64,000 nucleotides of DNA from a virus. Where the stretch lies: IMG/VR virus record IMGVR_UViG_3300048091_000427; one strand, given 5' to 3'. Both the position numbers and the translations under genes were made by a program. Every line of letters starts with the position of its first letter. Position 1 is the first letter of the stretch. Shown here in pieces: positions 19,407-29,720 of this stretch. The notes beneath the pieces were generated by a model, which was not told the DNA's origin, made no database searches, and saw only the letters and a list, made by a program, of their open reading frames with translations.

Positions 19407-20555
19407 ATGTCTTGGAACATTACCCACGATCCCCTTTATCATGTCGAACTGGATTGCCAGTTTACGGAAAGGATGAAAGGCCTTCGGTTTCGACGTGAGC
19501 AGCTTGAAATGCTCACGCGCAGCACTGATATCGAGAGTGGGTTTGCCAAGCAGGCACCCATCTGGCTGTCAGAAGGAAAGTCACTCGACGTGGTAGAGGC
19601 GTTCCTCCAGGGCCTGGCAGAAGCGGGGCGGAATCTGGATCATCACGCCTGTTTCAGCACCTGGGCCGAACTGGTACATGCCGATCCGATGCGATTTTTC
19701 GAGAACCTGAATTTTGCCAATTATCCGTTGGACTTGGCCAAAACGCCGAACCCCTTGTTCAGCAAGGACGACAGCTTTGCAACACTGAACGCTCTTCTAG
19801 CCCTTGATCCTGTTCGTTGCCTGCAGATTCCAGGCTTGTTGTCTGGCGCCTGGAAAGCTGGCGCGATGAACCCAGAAACCCGCGACCTGGCTTTGATTGG
19901 CATTTTTTCAGCCTTCACCCGTTACACTCGCTATCAAGAGAAGCACCGACATCGGGACAACTATGAAATCCCGTTGGAAACACATGCCAAGAATGTGTTC
20001 AGTCAACTTGGAAAAGTGATTGATCTGAATTTCAGCGGTTTCCTTGAGCAGTTGCCGGACAGTCCGCAGGAAATGACTCCTGTCTTACATCGCTACTACG
20101 GTAAGTTAGCTGGGGAGATGAAGAATGCTGAACATCTGCTGCCACCCCTGCCTATACCGCGTCAAATGGACTCTAACGGTCACCCGTATGCCTTGCTATG
20201 CCTAGGACTTAAAGCCAAGCTGGTGAGTACGCCTGGGCATATCAAATATCTTGACCGCGTGCGAAGCAAAAATGAGAAAAGGCGATTCTCACCCAATTGG
20301 GAGCAGGACGTCTTCTCGCGGGTAATTCAGAACGATTACAGCGATTTGAAGCAGATACGCGCTGCCGTGCGCTCGTACTCGCTGGAAGCACATCATATTG
20401 AAATGCTTGAAGAGCGCGGTCTGGTTAAACAATACCTAAAAGGCCTGCCGGCAGAAGAACGTGAATTCCTTATTGCCAAGGATGTCGTACCGGTTCGATT
20501 AATTGTCAAAGTAAAGGAACTGGGCAATAAATTCGGTCAAGACTTGGGTTTGTAG
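19407..20555 (+). CDS. hypothetical protein ending GQDLGL; FSxDLGL family
   Basis: 382-aa ORF; C-terminus ...NKFGQDLGL. Confidence 0.5.
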   Translation: MSWNITHDPLYHVELDCQFTERMKGLRFRREQLEMLTRSTDIESGFAKQAPIWLSEGKSLDVVEAFLQGLAEAGRNLDHHACFSTWAELVHADPMRFFENLNFANYPLDLAKTPNPLFSKDDSFATLNALLALDPVRCLQIPGLLSGAWKAGAMNPETRDLALIGIFSAFTRYTRYQEKHRHRDNYEIPLETHAKNVFSQLGKVIDLNFSGFLEQLPDSPQEMTPVLHRYYGKLAGEMKNAEHLLPPLPIPRQMDSNGHPYALLCLGLKAKLVSTPGHIKYLDRVRSKNEKRRFSPNWEQDVFSRVIQNDYSDLKQIRAAVRSYSLEAHHIEMLEERGLVKQYLKGLPAEEREFLIAKDVVPVRLIVKVKELGNKFGQDLGL

Positions 20556-20613
20556 TGTTGACACTGAATGGCCATCTTCCTATGCTCAGGTAACGGATTT
20601 CCGAGATCACTTC

Positions 20614-21348
20614 ATGCTCATCGACCCAAAACCTCTGTTGGCGTTCAGTGATTTGGATAAGCGCGAGCAATCAGTGTTCATGCATCGGTTTATTTCAACT
20701 CTGACCGCTGAGCATGCCTACCAGGCGGTGCTGTTGACCTGCGCTCAAAACGGCGCCTGGGCCTTCATGAGCCGGTTTCTGAAGTTACCGCATGCTCGTG
20801 ATGGCTTGTGGGAGATCATTGACACCCTGCAAAGCTACGCCTACAACGCGCAAACCATTCCCCAGTTGATGGCAGCTTTGCCAAAAAAGTTTCGGCACAA
20901 TGAAGGCATGCGGGCTCTGGTGTACCCTTTTGAAATTAAAAACTGGGAACTGGCCGAGGTAGCTTTTGAGCATGGTGCGGCGCCGGGTGAACAACTGTTT
21001 TGCAAGGTCTGCCACGACTATACGTTTGAGCCGAATGACTTCTCCAAGCAGTTCATTTCTCGTGCGATCAAGACGGGTAAGGTTAACTGGAAGTCTATGT
21101 TGGCTTTCAATGACTATGCCGACGGTTTTGATCTAATCAGCAGGGCAGCCCAGAACGACACCCGAAGCCTGTACGTCGTGGCGTCTGCTGTCATGTCCAA
21201 TGGGGAAAAGCGCCGGCTGCTTCATGCTGTGACGGAAAAGGCCACCTTGAATCATTACTTGCAACACATGGAGTTTCCAGAGAACTGGCGCACTTATTTG
21301 AATTTGCCTATGAGGGCACTGATCTTTTCAGAAGATCTAGGGGTTTGA
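20614..21348 (+). CDS. hypothetical protein ending FSEDLGV; FSxDLGL family
   Basis: 244-aa ORF; C-terminus ...LIFSEDLGV. Confidence 0.5.
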   Translation: MLIDPKPLLAFSDLDKREQSVFMHRFISTLTAEHAYQAVLLTCAQNGAWAFMSRFLKLPHARDGLWEIIDTLQSYAYNAQTIPQLMAALPKKFRHNEGMRALVYPFEIKNWELAEVAFEHGAAPGEQLFCKVCHDYTFEPNDFSKQFISRAIKTGKVNWKSMLAFNDYADGFDLISRAAQNDTRSLYVVASAVMSNGEKRRLLHAVTEKATLNHYLQHMEFPENWRTYLNLPMRALIFSEDLGV

Positions 21349-21405
21349 AGAAATTGGCTGCTATTCCTCTTCCTGGCAAATGCCGTTACAATGGATTAAC
21401 GGTTA

Positions 21406-21711
21406 GTGCAGCATAAAGGGACGCGGTCAATGGTTGAAGACATTGAAGAGTGCATTCAAGATCTAATGACACTCTGCTCACAACATAAAGTCCCCATGTT
21501 GTTGGCCATCCAGGACACCCCAAGTAGTTATCGAGCCCTCGGTGCGAATGAGAACCTCGCAATGGGTCAGCAACTTCGCCACATGCGCATGTTGATCCGC
21601 GCCGGCGATATCGACTCTTTCCTACGTAACCTGATTCGCGAGGCCGAGCAGAACGGCCACCGCAGTATCCTCCTGCGTGCTATGGGCATCGCGGAAGAGC
21701 CGAAGAACTAA
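21406..21711 (+). CDS. small hypothetical protein
   Basis: ORF followed by bidirectional terminator 21714-21745. Confidence 0.35.
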   Translation: MQHKGTRSMVEDIEECIQDLMTLCSQHKVPMLLAIQDTPSSYRALGANENLAMGQQLRHMRMLIRAGDIDSFLRNLIREAEQNGHRSILLRAMGIAEEPKN

Positions 21712-21713
21712 CA

Positions 21714-21745
21714 AAAACCCGTCCGAAGACGGGTTTTTGTAATAT
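21714..21745. terminator. bidirectional rho-independent terminator
   Basis: AAAAACCCGTCCGAAGACGGGTTTTTGT hairpin between convergent genes. Confidence 0.75.
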
Positions 21746-21750
21746 CTCAT

Positions 21751-23061
21751 TTACCAGACTGGCTGCGTTTCCGCTTCAGGCATTGGTTCCTTCGGACGTC
21801 GTTTGGCTTTCGGGTTTTTACCCTTTTCGATGAGTTCGTCGATTTCCTCAAGTGAGTGGAATTTGCAACGCTTGAGGGTGTTTTTGTACATGATTTTCTC
21901 GTACTTTTTCGACTCGAAAGTTTCAGGTTTACCCAAGGTGCCGACCAGGTGGACGATGTCACCAGGCTTAACCTCGAAACGGCCTGATGCTTTCCACTCA
22001 AACAGCCGGTTTTTCTCATCGTACATCGTGATCTTGGTCGTATAGCCCCATTCACCTTCATCCACGTATGCAGAGGCTACTTGCATGTTCTTGAGGGGAA
22101 GGCGCTCGCCTTCCTTCCCGAAGTGCTCATTAGCCAGAGAGGCGCCTTCCAAAGGCTTCGCCATCTTGCTCAAGTGTGTCTCGTAGGACTTGATGGAGCT
22201 GCACAGTAGGCTCGATTGACGCATGGTCAGGTGGCCATACTTGACCAGGCTCAACAGGTTGCACCAGTAGTCCTTATCGCGCCGCTCAGGGTCAGCCTCA
22301 GCTTTGAGGATGTGGTCTCGAACAGCTTTCGCTTTCTCAACGACCTCAGCAGGGTAGGTTGGGGAATCACCCTCGGCGTCGAGCCTGTCACCCAGGGCTT
22401 GGAAGGCTTCGTAACCAGAGGAGCGACCGGATTCGTTGAACGTCAGGTAGCCGTGTTCTTTGGTATGCATGACAGCTTCTTTGAGGAAGTCCATCACCGG
22501 CACCACCGAATGGTCATCGACGACCGAAAAATCCACATCACTGTATTTTTCGATGGATTCGACCGCTTTTTCGTAGGCCGCCTGCCAGCTGCGGATCGAA
22601 AGCCCGGCGAATTCGTCCACGCAGCCACTGCCCACGCGCTTGATCTCATTGTTGATTTCAAGGGTGTACATGTAGACGCGGATGCGGTTGGTGCCGCAGT
22701 GATCACACAAGCATGGCGTGTCGGTCAGGCGTACCTGGACATCCTGCTCGGGCGTCAGTTTGGTAAAGGTCTTGTGCTCCATCCACTGCGTTGTCTTGTC
22801 GACCGTGGACAGCGCCAGCATCTTGACCTCGCCCTTGGGCCCATCGAGTTCACGATTGAGCTCGACCTTCATCACAGGCAGCAAGCGGCTGTAGAGGCCG
22901 AAGTGTATGCGGCGGATCATAGGCCCAGTGATGTTCATCTCAATGAGCGGCGCCTTCGATGCGCGAAGCTTTTCGTTGATCGCATCAATTCGCTGCTGAA
23001 GTAACGGCATACGGGTCTCAAGGACGTAACGTTCTTGCTGATGTCTGATCTGCATGCTCAT
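21751..23061 (-). CDS. hypothetical protein with Cys-rich (zinc-ribbon-like) segment
   Basis: CLCDHCG...GSGC motif; 4-nt start/stop overlap with upstream gene. Confidence 0.45.
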   Translation of the reverse strand: MSMQIRHQQERYVLETRMPLLQQRIDAINEKLRASKAPLIEMNITGPMIRRIHFGLYSRLLPVMKVELNRELDGPKGEVKMLALSTVDKTTQWMEHKTFTKLTPEQDVQVRLTDTPCLCDHCGTNRIRVYMYTLEINNEIKRVGSGCVDEFAGLSIRSWQAAYEKAVESIEKYSDVDFSVVDDHSVVPVMDFLKEAVMHTKEHGYLTFNESGRSSGYEAFQALGDRLDAEGDSPTYPAEVVEKAKAVRDHILKAEADPERRDKDYWCNLLSLVKYGHLTMRQSSLLCSSIKSYETHLSKMAKPLEGASLANEHFGKEGERLPLKNMQVASAYVDEGEWGYTTKITMYDEKNRLFEWKASGRFEVKPGDIVHLVGTLGKPETFESKKYEKIMYKNTLKRCKFHSLEEIDELIEKGKNPKAKRRPKEPMPEAETQPVW

Positions 23062-23705
23062 AACTCCATGGAGGAAGTGCGATCAAGGTCGCGGCGGCTT
23101 TTAGGCAGGCAGCGATCAACGAAAAGACCGAAAGTCGACTTGATATGACCCAGGTGATGATCGTCACTGTCAATTTCAGTGCTTTGTTTGGTAACCTTCG
23201 CCACGCGTTTTTCCGCGTTGAAGGAAATAGACATTGCCCCGTGAGCCAAAGTTACAACGCCTCGACCTTCCTGGCAGACCTGATCGATCTGGCGGCGAAG
23301 CTCACGGCGCTCGGTTGGAGTACCGGCAAAGCCCTTTAATTTGTCCTGCAGGTCGAACAAGCCGTCGCTGAACGTATGGCGATAAATGTCGTTTGGGTTG
23401 ACCTGGTAGGTACCAGCGCGATCCAGCCAAGCTTGCTGCTGGCCGGGATCGAAGGTGTTGTTCCCAACACAGGTCTCATAGGCCATGTCGGCAAGACTCA
23501 AGGGCCCCAGAGCATCCAGACGCCGACGATAGTCGGCCAGGTAGTTCTCCTGACCACCAATGCCATCCAGCTCCAGGCGCTTGCGCTCATCTGCCACCAG
23601 CGCGTTGATGATGTCATCGCGGGGCATGGATTTTGGAATGGTCAGGTAGAGCTCTTCAAAGATCTCCTGAGGCAGGGCGGTAAGGGCGGACATGGTCGTT
23701 TCCAA
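23058..23705 (-). CDS. hypothetical protein (215 aa)
   Basis: Co-oriented, overlapping next gene (operon-like). Confidence 0.45.
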   Translation of the reverse strand: METTMSALTALPQEIFEELYLTIPKSMPRDDIINALVADERKRLELDGIGGQENYLADYRRRLDALGPLSLADMAYETCVGNNTFDPGQQQAWLDRAGTYQVNPNDIYRHTFSDGLFDLQDKLKGFAGTPTERRELRRQIDQVCQEGRGVVTLAHGAMSISFNAEKRVAKVTKQSTEIDSDDHHLGHIKSTFGLFVDRCLPKSRRDLDRTSSMEL

Positions 23706-23811
23706 TTTTATCGATTTCTTTCAGTTTAGGGATGTATTGACAGTCGCTGCAATAACTATTGATGAATATTATCGGTAAATCGCATACTGAATAAAAATTG
23801 AGGAAAAAGAC

Positions 23812-24960
23812 ATGACCACAGCACTCGAGCTGGACTTCAAAAATGACTCCATTGAGATTGAAGATCCGAGCGATCAGGACAGCTGGCTTAAGGCTTTTGA
23901 GCCTCTGATGCAAAAATGGGCACAGTCAGAATATGGCCTGAAGTATGAGCAACGCGATGATGACTTTGATGCTAAAAAATCGAAGTCTCTTAGCGAGTGC
24001 GTTGGCATTGCAATGAGTAATTACCGCAAGGAAGTGGCTGATAGTCTGGTGAGTGATGAGCCATTTACCGAATGGCAATACATACTTGGCGATGCGATTA
24101 GTCGTGAATTATATGGCGAGATGGGCAACGACCACGATGCTAATGATTATTTCCTGCATGGTGAAACCTTCACTGCCCTGTATGAATGCATCAGTGAAGC
24201 CATGGAAGAGCATGACGGCCCTGTCTGCGACCTTGACGAATTGATCGATAAGATTCGCCACCAAACTCGCTACAAGATGGAGGACTTGGATTACACAACG
24301 ATTTTCGATGAGGTCGGAAAGCAGACTATTAAGCTGATGTACGTCCCAGGGTTTGATCCCAACACCCAAAACGTCGATAATTTTGACATCAACCCCTCTG
24401 AAATAAGTACCAGAGCGCCGGGCCTTGGCCATCAGGCCCTGCTGAACCTGGCGCGAGTCTCGATCCCTGAGCTGATGGAGATGGTGGAGGTTGACCAAGA
24501 TGACAGTGAGCTTATTGATGCTTGGCTGGAGCTGGAAGACCCGGTTGCTAAAGCAGAGGCGGCTGGCCAGCCGCTAACACCGCTCTTTACGTCGAGTGAT
24601 GACCTACAGTCGTTGTTTGAAAATACCAATGGGAATAGTTACGTGTTGCCATGCTGGGTGGGATCACTGACCTTCAATGATCTTAAAAAAATCGATCCAA
24701 CTAAACCTCTAGAACTTAGTGGTGGGATTGTATTTTTCAATGATTATTCAAACGGATCCGGCTTCGACGTACATCTGGATGATTCAGCAAAAATCATTGT
24801 TCCGCCTGATCACTTTCTTGGAAAGGAATATGGCCACAGTGTAGAGGAGACATTCGGCTTAACAAGAAGGAGTCTTGCGGCAAATATCAAGAATCATGAG
24901 CCAATTGTTCTTTTGGACAAGGTTGTTGAAACTGGCCATATGGAGCCGGAATTCTCCTGA
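23812..24960 (+). CDS. acidic hypothetical protein (382 aa)
   Basis: Lower-GC ORF; upstream promoter-like ATTGACAGTCGCT. Confidence 0.45.
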   Translation: MTTALELDFKNDSIEIEDPSDQDSWLKAFEPLMQKWAQSEYGLKYEQRDDDFDAKKSKSLSECVGIAMSNYRKEVADSLVSDEPFTEWQYILGDAISRELYGEMGNDHDANDYFLHGETFTALYECISEAMEEHDGPVCDLDELIDKIRHQTRYKMEDLDYTTIFDEVGKQTIKLMYVPGFDPNTQNVDNFDINPSEISTRAPGLGHQALLNLARVSIPELMEMVEVDQDDSELIDAWLELEDPVAKAEAAGQPLTPLFTSSDDLQSLFENTNGNSYVLPCWVGSLTFNDLKKIDPTKPLELSGGIVFFNDYSNGSGFDVHLDDSAKIIVPPDHFLGKEYGHSVEETFGLTRRSLAANIKNHEPIVLLDKVVETGHMEPEFS

Positions 24961-25065
24961 TCGTGACAATTCTTGATCTATGTGGAAAATGATCTAGAAT
25001 GGAGGAAGGTAAATGGGTTGGCCATCGTCGGTGACAAGGCCAACCCTCAGGATAAAGGCGTTTTT

Positions 25066-25746
25066 ATGTCGGATTTCCAATTGCTTGATCGCATGTTGTC
25101 CAAGATGTTCCAGCCCAACGATGACATCGTCCTGGATCGTCCCGCGTTCGATGCGTTGATTGAGCCCATACTTCACAAGCGAAGTGTGAGGGAAAATATC
25201 CATTCCTACCTGTCGAGCAACAGCACGTCCCCTCGAATCATCGCCGCCCTGGTGTACAGCGCCTCGGGGAATGAGTTGCTGCGCGAGATGATTGAAGAGA
25301 AGGGGATGCCGGCCAGGCTGCTGTACGGCCCCCTGATGTTCGAGGGCTCAAGCTGGAGTGTTTTGAAGGCGCCGCTGCCACCACGGCTGTACGACATGAT
25401 CGTCAATGGCGATGAGCGATGGGATGTTCCGGCAGAGACGTTAGATCACTACGAACCGATCAATGCGTTCCCAGGCGTGGTGAATGCACTCGTCGAGCGT
25501 TTCAGAAAGTTGGGGCGTATCGATCAACCTCTGCGCCATCTTCGCCTGGCGGATTTGTCTTTGCTGCTGGAAACCGATCAGAGTTTGTTCGCTCCGGAAG
25601 TCGACGCCATGAGTGATGACATCAAGGCACTGATCAATCCGGACTTCTACTACGACCATTTGGCAAAGTGCCTTCTGCGGGAGTACCTTCCTCGCGTGGA
25701 TGCCATCGCCAAGGTGTTGGGCAGTGGCATGGTGACCAGGCCGTAA
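25066..25746 (+). CDS. hypothetical protein
   Basis: Start at MSDFQLL with AAAGG RBS; ORF extends to 24973. Confidence 0.4.
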   Translation: MSDFQLLDRMLSKMFQPNDDIVLDRPAFDALIEPILHKRSVRENIHSYLSSNSTSPRIIAALVYSASGNELLREMIEEKGMPARLLYGPLMFEGSSWSVLKAPLPPRLYDMIVNGDERWDVPAETLDHYEPINAFPGVVNALVERFRKLGRIDQPLRHLRLADLSLLLETDQSLFAPEVDAMSDDIKALINPDFYYDHLAKCLLREYLPRVDAIAKVLGSGMVTRP

Positions 25747-25867
25747 TGTTGGCTACGCTGCATGGCTAGGGCTCCAAAAAGCGAGCCGCTCCAGGAGGAG
25801 CGGAGGACTCGACTCCCTCCACCCTCATGCCGCCCCACCCATCAATTAGCAAATTTAATAAAGAGTA

Positions 25868-25896
25868 TTGACATGCCAGGCGGAGTTGCCTAGAAT
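25868..25896 (+). promoter_or_regulatory. sigma70 promoter of ssrA
   Basis: TTGACA (25868-25873) - 17 bp - TAGAAT (25891-25896), about 9 nt before tmRNA 5' end. Confidence 0.8.
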
Positions 25897-25905
25897 TCAA
25901 TTCAA

Positions 25906-26299
25906 GGGGCCGATTAGGATTCGACGCCGGTAACAAAACTTTAGGTGCGTGCCGAGTTGGTAACAGAACTCGTAAATCCACTGTTGCAACTTTCTATAGT
26001 TGCCAATGACAATGCCTTCGAGGGCGCTCGTCTCGCTGCCTAACCGCAGCTGACACGCCCTTCTGGTTACTTCGGTACCAGCGATCACTAGGGGATGCCT
26101 GTAAACCCGAAGTGATTGTCATGCAGAACAGGATCGCCACCCGAGTACGTTGCGGACAACGGGGCTAAAACTTACGTAACTCGTCCAAAGCACCCTGCCA
26201 ATCGGGCGGCTGCGGATTAACTCAGTAGATATGGCTACGCATGTAGTACCGACAGCGGAGTACTGGCGGACGGGGGTTCAAATCCCCCCGGCTCCACCA
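25906..26299 (+). ncRNA. ssrA: tmRNA (transfer-messenger RNA, SsrA)
   Basis: 5' GGGGCCGATTAGGATTCGACG acceptor/TLD, tag reading frame GCC AAT GAC AAT GCC TTC GAG GGC GCT CGT CTC GCT GCC TAA (ANDNAFEGARLAA), 3' GGACGGGGGTTCAAATCCCCCCGGCTCCACCA. Confidence 0.9.
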
Positions 26300-26304
26300 A
26301 CTTA

Positions 26305-26342
26305 AATCAAACTAGGCGTCCGTTGGGCGCCTTTTTTGTTTC
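26305..26342 (+). terminator. ssrA terminator
   Basis: AGGCGTCCGTTGGGCGCC hairpin followed by TTTTTTGTTT. Confidence 0.75.
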
Positions 26343-26374
26343 AGCGCCGAGTGATTTGGCCACTGTAAAGAGAA

Positions 26375-26848
26375 TTGATGATGAGCAAGGACAAGCAGAA
26401 TACGCTAATCGCTCAGAACCGTAAGGCACGTCACGACTACTTCATCGAAGACTCCGTTGAAGCTGGCGTGGCGCTGCTCGGCTGGGAAGTAAAAAGTTTG
26501 CGGGCAGGCAAGGGTCAATTGGTTGATTGCTACGTGGTCTTCAAGGACAACGAAGCCTTTTTGCTGGGTAGTCATATCCAGCCATTGATCAGTGCCGGTA
26601 CCCATGTGGAAACCGATCCTGAGCGCACCCGGAAATTGCTGTTGAACCGTCGTGAACTGGATCGCCTGAAAGAAGCCTGCGACCAGAAGGGTTTCACCTG
26701 TGTCGCCTTGTCACTTCAATGGAAAGCGCACATGGTGAAATGCACCATCGGCCTGGCCAAGGGTAAGAAAAACCACGACAAACGTGACACCGAAAAAGCC
26801 AGGGATGCCCAGCGGCAGATCCAGCAAGCGACAAAATCTTCCCGTTGA
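26375..26848 (+). CDS. smpB: SsrA-binding protein SmpB
   Basis: [10 protein letters not shown]...GWEVKSLR...LLGSHI..ELDRLK signature of SmpB. Confidence 0.85.
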   Translation: MMMSKDKQNTLIAQNRKARHDYFIEDSVEAGVALLGWEVKSLRAGKGQLVDCYVVFKDNEAFLLGSHIQPLISAGTHVETDPERTRKLLLNRRELDRLKEACDQKGFTCVALSLQWKAHMVKCTIGLAKGKKNHDKRDTEKARDAQRQIQQATKSSR

Positions 26849-26861
26849 TCAGGAGCTTCGC

Positions 26862-28244
26862 ATGAGCGTTACGCCAAGCTCCTTGAGCGATGTGCTGAGC
26901 CTGGTCGGTGACGCGGTTAAGCTCCTGTTTACAGACGCCCTGTGGATGACTGCCGAAGTCCTCCAGGTCAGTAATGGTCGTCACAAATACCTCGAGTTGG
27001 TTGAGTACGACGCCAACCGCAAAGAGGTGGCGAAGGGGCGGGGCACCATCTGGGCGGATGATGTTGGCATCCTGGCCAATTTCCAGAAAGTGACGGGCAA
27101 CCCACTTGCCAGTGGCATGAAGATCCTCTTCAGGGCTAAACCCTCATTCAACCCCGTGTATGGTCTCTCTCTGGCTATCAAGGAGATCGACCCGGTGTTC
27201 ACCGTGGGCTTGATGACAGCTCAGCTGAACGAGTATCGGGCACAGCTAAAAAAGCAAAACCTGTGGGACAAGAATCGGCATCTGCGTAAGCCTGGTGAGT
27301 TTTGCCGTCTCGCGGTGATCTCGCCTGCAGAAGCGGCTGGATTGGGCGACTTTCGTGTCGTGGCGGATCGGCTTGATGCTCGGGGATTGTGCACGTTCGA
27401 ATACTTCCCGGCTGTTTTCCAAGGGCCCGGCGCCGGCGACCGGATCTTTGAGCAGATGGTCAAGGTCAACGAACGTCACAAGATTGAAAATTTCGACGCC
27501 TTAGTGATAATTCGCGGGGGTGGTGACAAGGCGGGCCTTTATCACCTCAATCACTGGCTCCTGGCTAAGGCCGTTTGCCGTTTCCCGATACCTGTCATGG
27601 TGGGTATTGGGCATGATCGTGATGAGGTGTTGATCGATGAGGTGGCGAACCAATCCTTCTCCACACCGAGTCTGTTGGTCTCGCATATTCGCTCAACCAT
27701 CATCAAAAACGCCCAGAAAGCCCAGGCCGACGCCGAACGTATCGTACACCTCGTCGACAAGATCCTGAACCGGGCCGAAAATCAGTGTGAATCGCTGAAA
27801 ATCCGCTTGTTTTCGACAGCTGAACAGCAACTGGATAAGGCCGAAAGCACCCTTAAAACAAGGCAGATGGAGCTTCTGCACAGTGCAACCACGAAAATCG
27901 CGGCTGCCGAGCAGGAGTTTGAGCACAAAAAGGCTGCGTTGGTTCGAGCGTTCGAGGCGAACATGAAGTTTCACGAAGAGTTTCAAGCTCGCCTGCGTGC
28001 TGACTTGTTTATTCACGCTGAGCGCAGCATCCAGGCGGCGCAACAGGATTTGGATACCAAGCTGGCATTCATCACCTCCATCAACCCTGTGGCCATCTTG
28101 GCGAGGGGGTATGGCTATTTACGCAAGGGTGATGGGTATGTGCGCAGCGTCAATCAAGTTAAAGCCGGCGACGCCCTGGAGATTCAACTGCAGGACGGCG
28201 CCGTATCAGTGGAAGTGAAGGGGGTCTGCAATGAGTCAAAGTGA
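26862..28244 (+). CDS. xseA: exodeoxyribonuclease VII large subunit
   Basis: N-terminal OB-fold, central catalytic region (RGGGS..., GIGH) and long C-terminal coiled coil; CAGGAGC RBS. Confidence 0.8.
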   Translation: MSVTPSSLSDVLSLVGDAVKLLFTDALWMTAEVLQVSNGRHKYLELVEYDANRKEVAKGRGTIWADDVGILANFQKVTGNPLASGMKILFRAKPSFNPVYGLSLAIKEIDPVFTVGLMTAQLNEYRAQLKKQNLWDKNRHLRKPGEFCRLAVISPAEAAGLGDFRVVADRLDARGLCTFEYFPAVFQGPGAGDRIFEQMVKVNERHKIENFDALVIIRGGGDKAGLYHLNHWLLAKAVCRFPIPVMVGIGHDRDEVLIDEVANQSFSTPSLLVSHIRSTIIKNAQKAQADAERIVHLVDKILNRAENQCESLKIRLFSTAEQQLDKAESTLKTRQMELLHSATTKIAAAEQEFEHKKAALVRAFEANMKFHEEFQARLRADLFIHAERSIQAAQQDLDTKLAFITSINPVAILARGYGYLRKGDGYVRSVNQVKAGDALEIQLQDGAVSVEVKGVCNESK

Positions 28245-28422
28245 AGAGTACATGGGCCACATGGAGAACCTGTCCCAGACGGTTGCACGCCTGGAGGCGA
28301 TAGAGCAGGACGTGGATCAGATTACGCCGCTGGTGCGCAGTGGCCTGGAGTCATCCAAAGTGCTTGCTGAGCGCCTGGCCAAGGTGAGGGAAGAATGTGC
28401 TGAGCTAAAAAAACTGATCTGA
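28231..28422 (+). CDS. small coiled-coil protein, possibly XseB-like
   Basis: 63-aa helical ORF overlapping xseA end by 14 nt; weak resemblance to Exo VII small subunit. Confidence 0.3.
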   Translation: MSQSEEYMGHMENLSQTVARLEAIEQDVDQITPLVRSGLESSKVLAERLAKVREECAELKKLI

Positions 28423-28441
28423 CTTTGCTCGTCACGGGCTC

Positions 28442-28819
28442 TCAGCCAAGGGCGGGATTGACTTCCCGCCCGAGCAACTTCGATATCTTGTCGGCAGCAG
28501 TTTGGGCAGATCGCTTGTGGGCAGCACTTTTCTGCCGTGTCTGCAAACCGTCCCGGATGGCGTATTCATCGTCACCAAAGTAAGTGCTCCCCTCCAGCGC
28601 CTCAGCGAGGATGAGAAGGTCGCTAGGCTCGCGGATAATGACCACGTAGTTTTTTGCCTGAAACTGCTTTGACAGCGTACTGGCAAATTCAGAGGCCTGC
28701 GCCAGGTTGATATCTTCCTCTTCGAATAACTCTACCAATTCATCTTCTTCAGATAATTGCCCCAGGCGATGGGCGATGATCTCGGCTTCAGTCGGTGTAA
28801 AGGTGATTTGCTTGGTCAT
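28442..28819 (-). CDS. hypothetical protein (125 aa)
   Basis: ORF convergent with xseA. Confidence 0.45.
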   Translation of the reverse strand: MTKQITFTPTEAEIIAHRLGQLSEEDELVELFEEEDINLAQASEFASTLSKQFQAKNYVVIIREPSDLLILAEALEGSTYFGDDEYAIRDGLQTRQKSAAHKRSAQTAADKISKLLGREVNPALG

Positions 28820-28996
28820 GGGGGCACCTTGTTAATGATGGTGATTTGCTAGTCGCCTTATAAATATAGACTATATTGACAATATATCAAATAGCCATCC
28901 GCATCCGTATTTTTCGGTAACATACCCATGTTGATTCAGCTTTGATTCAGTTTTAGACTGAAATCAGAGATCCTTCGTGTGAGGTATATGTCAATA

Positions 28997-29677
28997 ATGG
29001 CTATCAATTTCGGAAAGCTTCGCAATACCGCGCCGAGCCATTCGCTCGATGAAGCAGGTATGTCGAAACTGTTGCAGCAGACTTACATGCTGCTGTCGAT
29101 CACCCTCGGCGTCACGGCCATTGTGGCCCTGATATCCCAGCAGTTGGGTTGGCCGGCGCCAGGCATTCTGATCTCCCTGGTCGGCTTCTACGGCTTGATG
29201 TTTCTCATCCACAAGACGCAAGACAGCGGCAAGTCGATCTTCTTCACCCTGATGCTGGCCGCCTTTATGGGTTACACCTTGGGGCCGATCCTGAACAAGG
29301 TCTTGAACCTGCAGAACGGCGGTACATTGATCGCCAACGCTTTCTTGATGACAGCGTTTGCCTTCGTCGCACTGTCAGCTTATGTAACCCGAACCGGTAA
29401 GGACATGAGCTTCCTGGGCGGCTTCCTGGTTGCCGGCTTTGTCGTGCTGCTAGTGGGTGTGGTGCTGTCGATGATCTTCAACATTTCTGGCTTGGGCCTG
29501 GCACTGTCCGTAGGCTTCGTCCTGTTCTCCTGTGCGGCGATCTTGTTCGAGACCAGCGCTATCATCCACGGCGGGCAGACCAACTACGTGTTGGCCACCG
29601 TGGGTCTTTACGTGTCGATCTACAACCTGTTCCTGAGCCTGCTGAACCTCTTGCAAGCCTTCTCTGGCAACAAGTGA
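28997..29677 (+). CDS. Bax inhibitor-1/YccA family inner membrane protein
   Basis: Seven hydrophobic helices, BI-1-like length and C-terminal motif region; terminator at 29686-29720. Confidence 0.7.
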   Translation: MAINFGKLRNTAPSHSLDEAGMSKLLQQTYMLLSITLGVTAIVALISQQLGWPAPGILISLVGFYGLMFLIHKTQDSGKSIFFTLMLAAFMGYTLGPILNKVLNLQNGGTLIANAFLMTAFAFVALSAYVTRTGKDMSFLGGFLVAGFVVLLVGVVLSMIFNISGLGLALSVGFVLFSCAAILFETSAIIHGGQTNYVLATVGLYVSIYNLFLSLLNLLQAFSGNK

Positions 29678-29685
29678 CCTGGGCA

Positions 29686-29720
29686 GAAACACCGAAGGCG
29701 CCGAAAGGCGCCTTTTTGCT
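29686..29720 (+). terminator. rho-independent terminator (bidirectional)
   Basis: GAAGGCGCCGAAAGGCGCCTTTTTGCTG. Confidence 0.7.

Noticed and set aside
28231-28422. Confident xseB assignment
   Set aside because: Only weak helical resemblance to Exo VII small subunit and xseB is normally elsewhere (with ispA-dxs); kept as low-confidence small ORF
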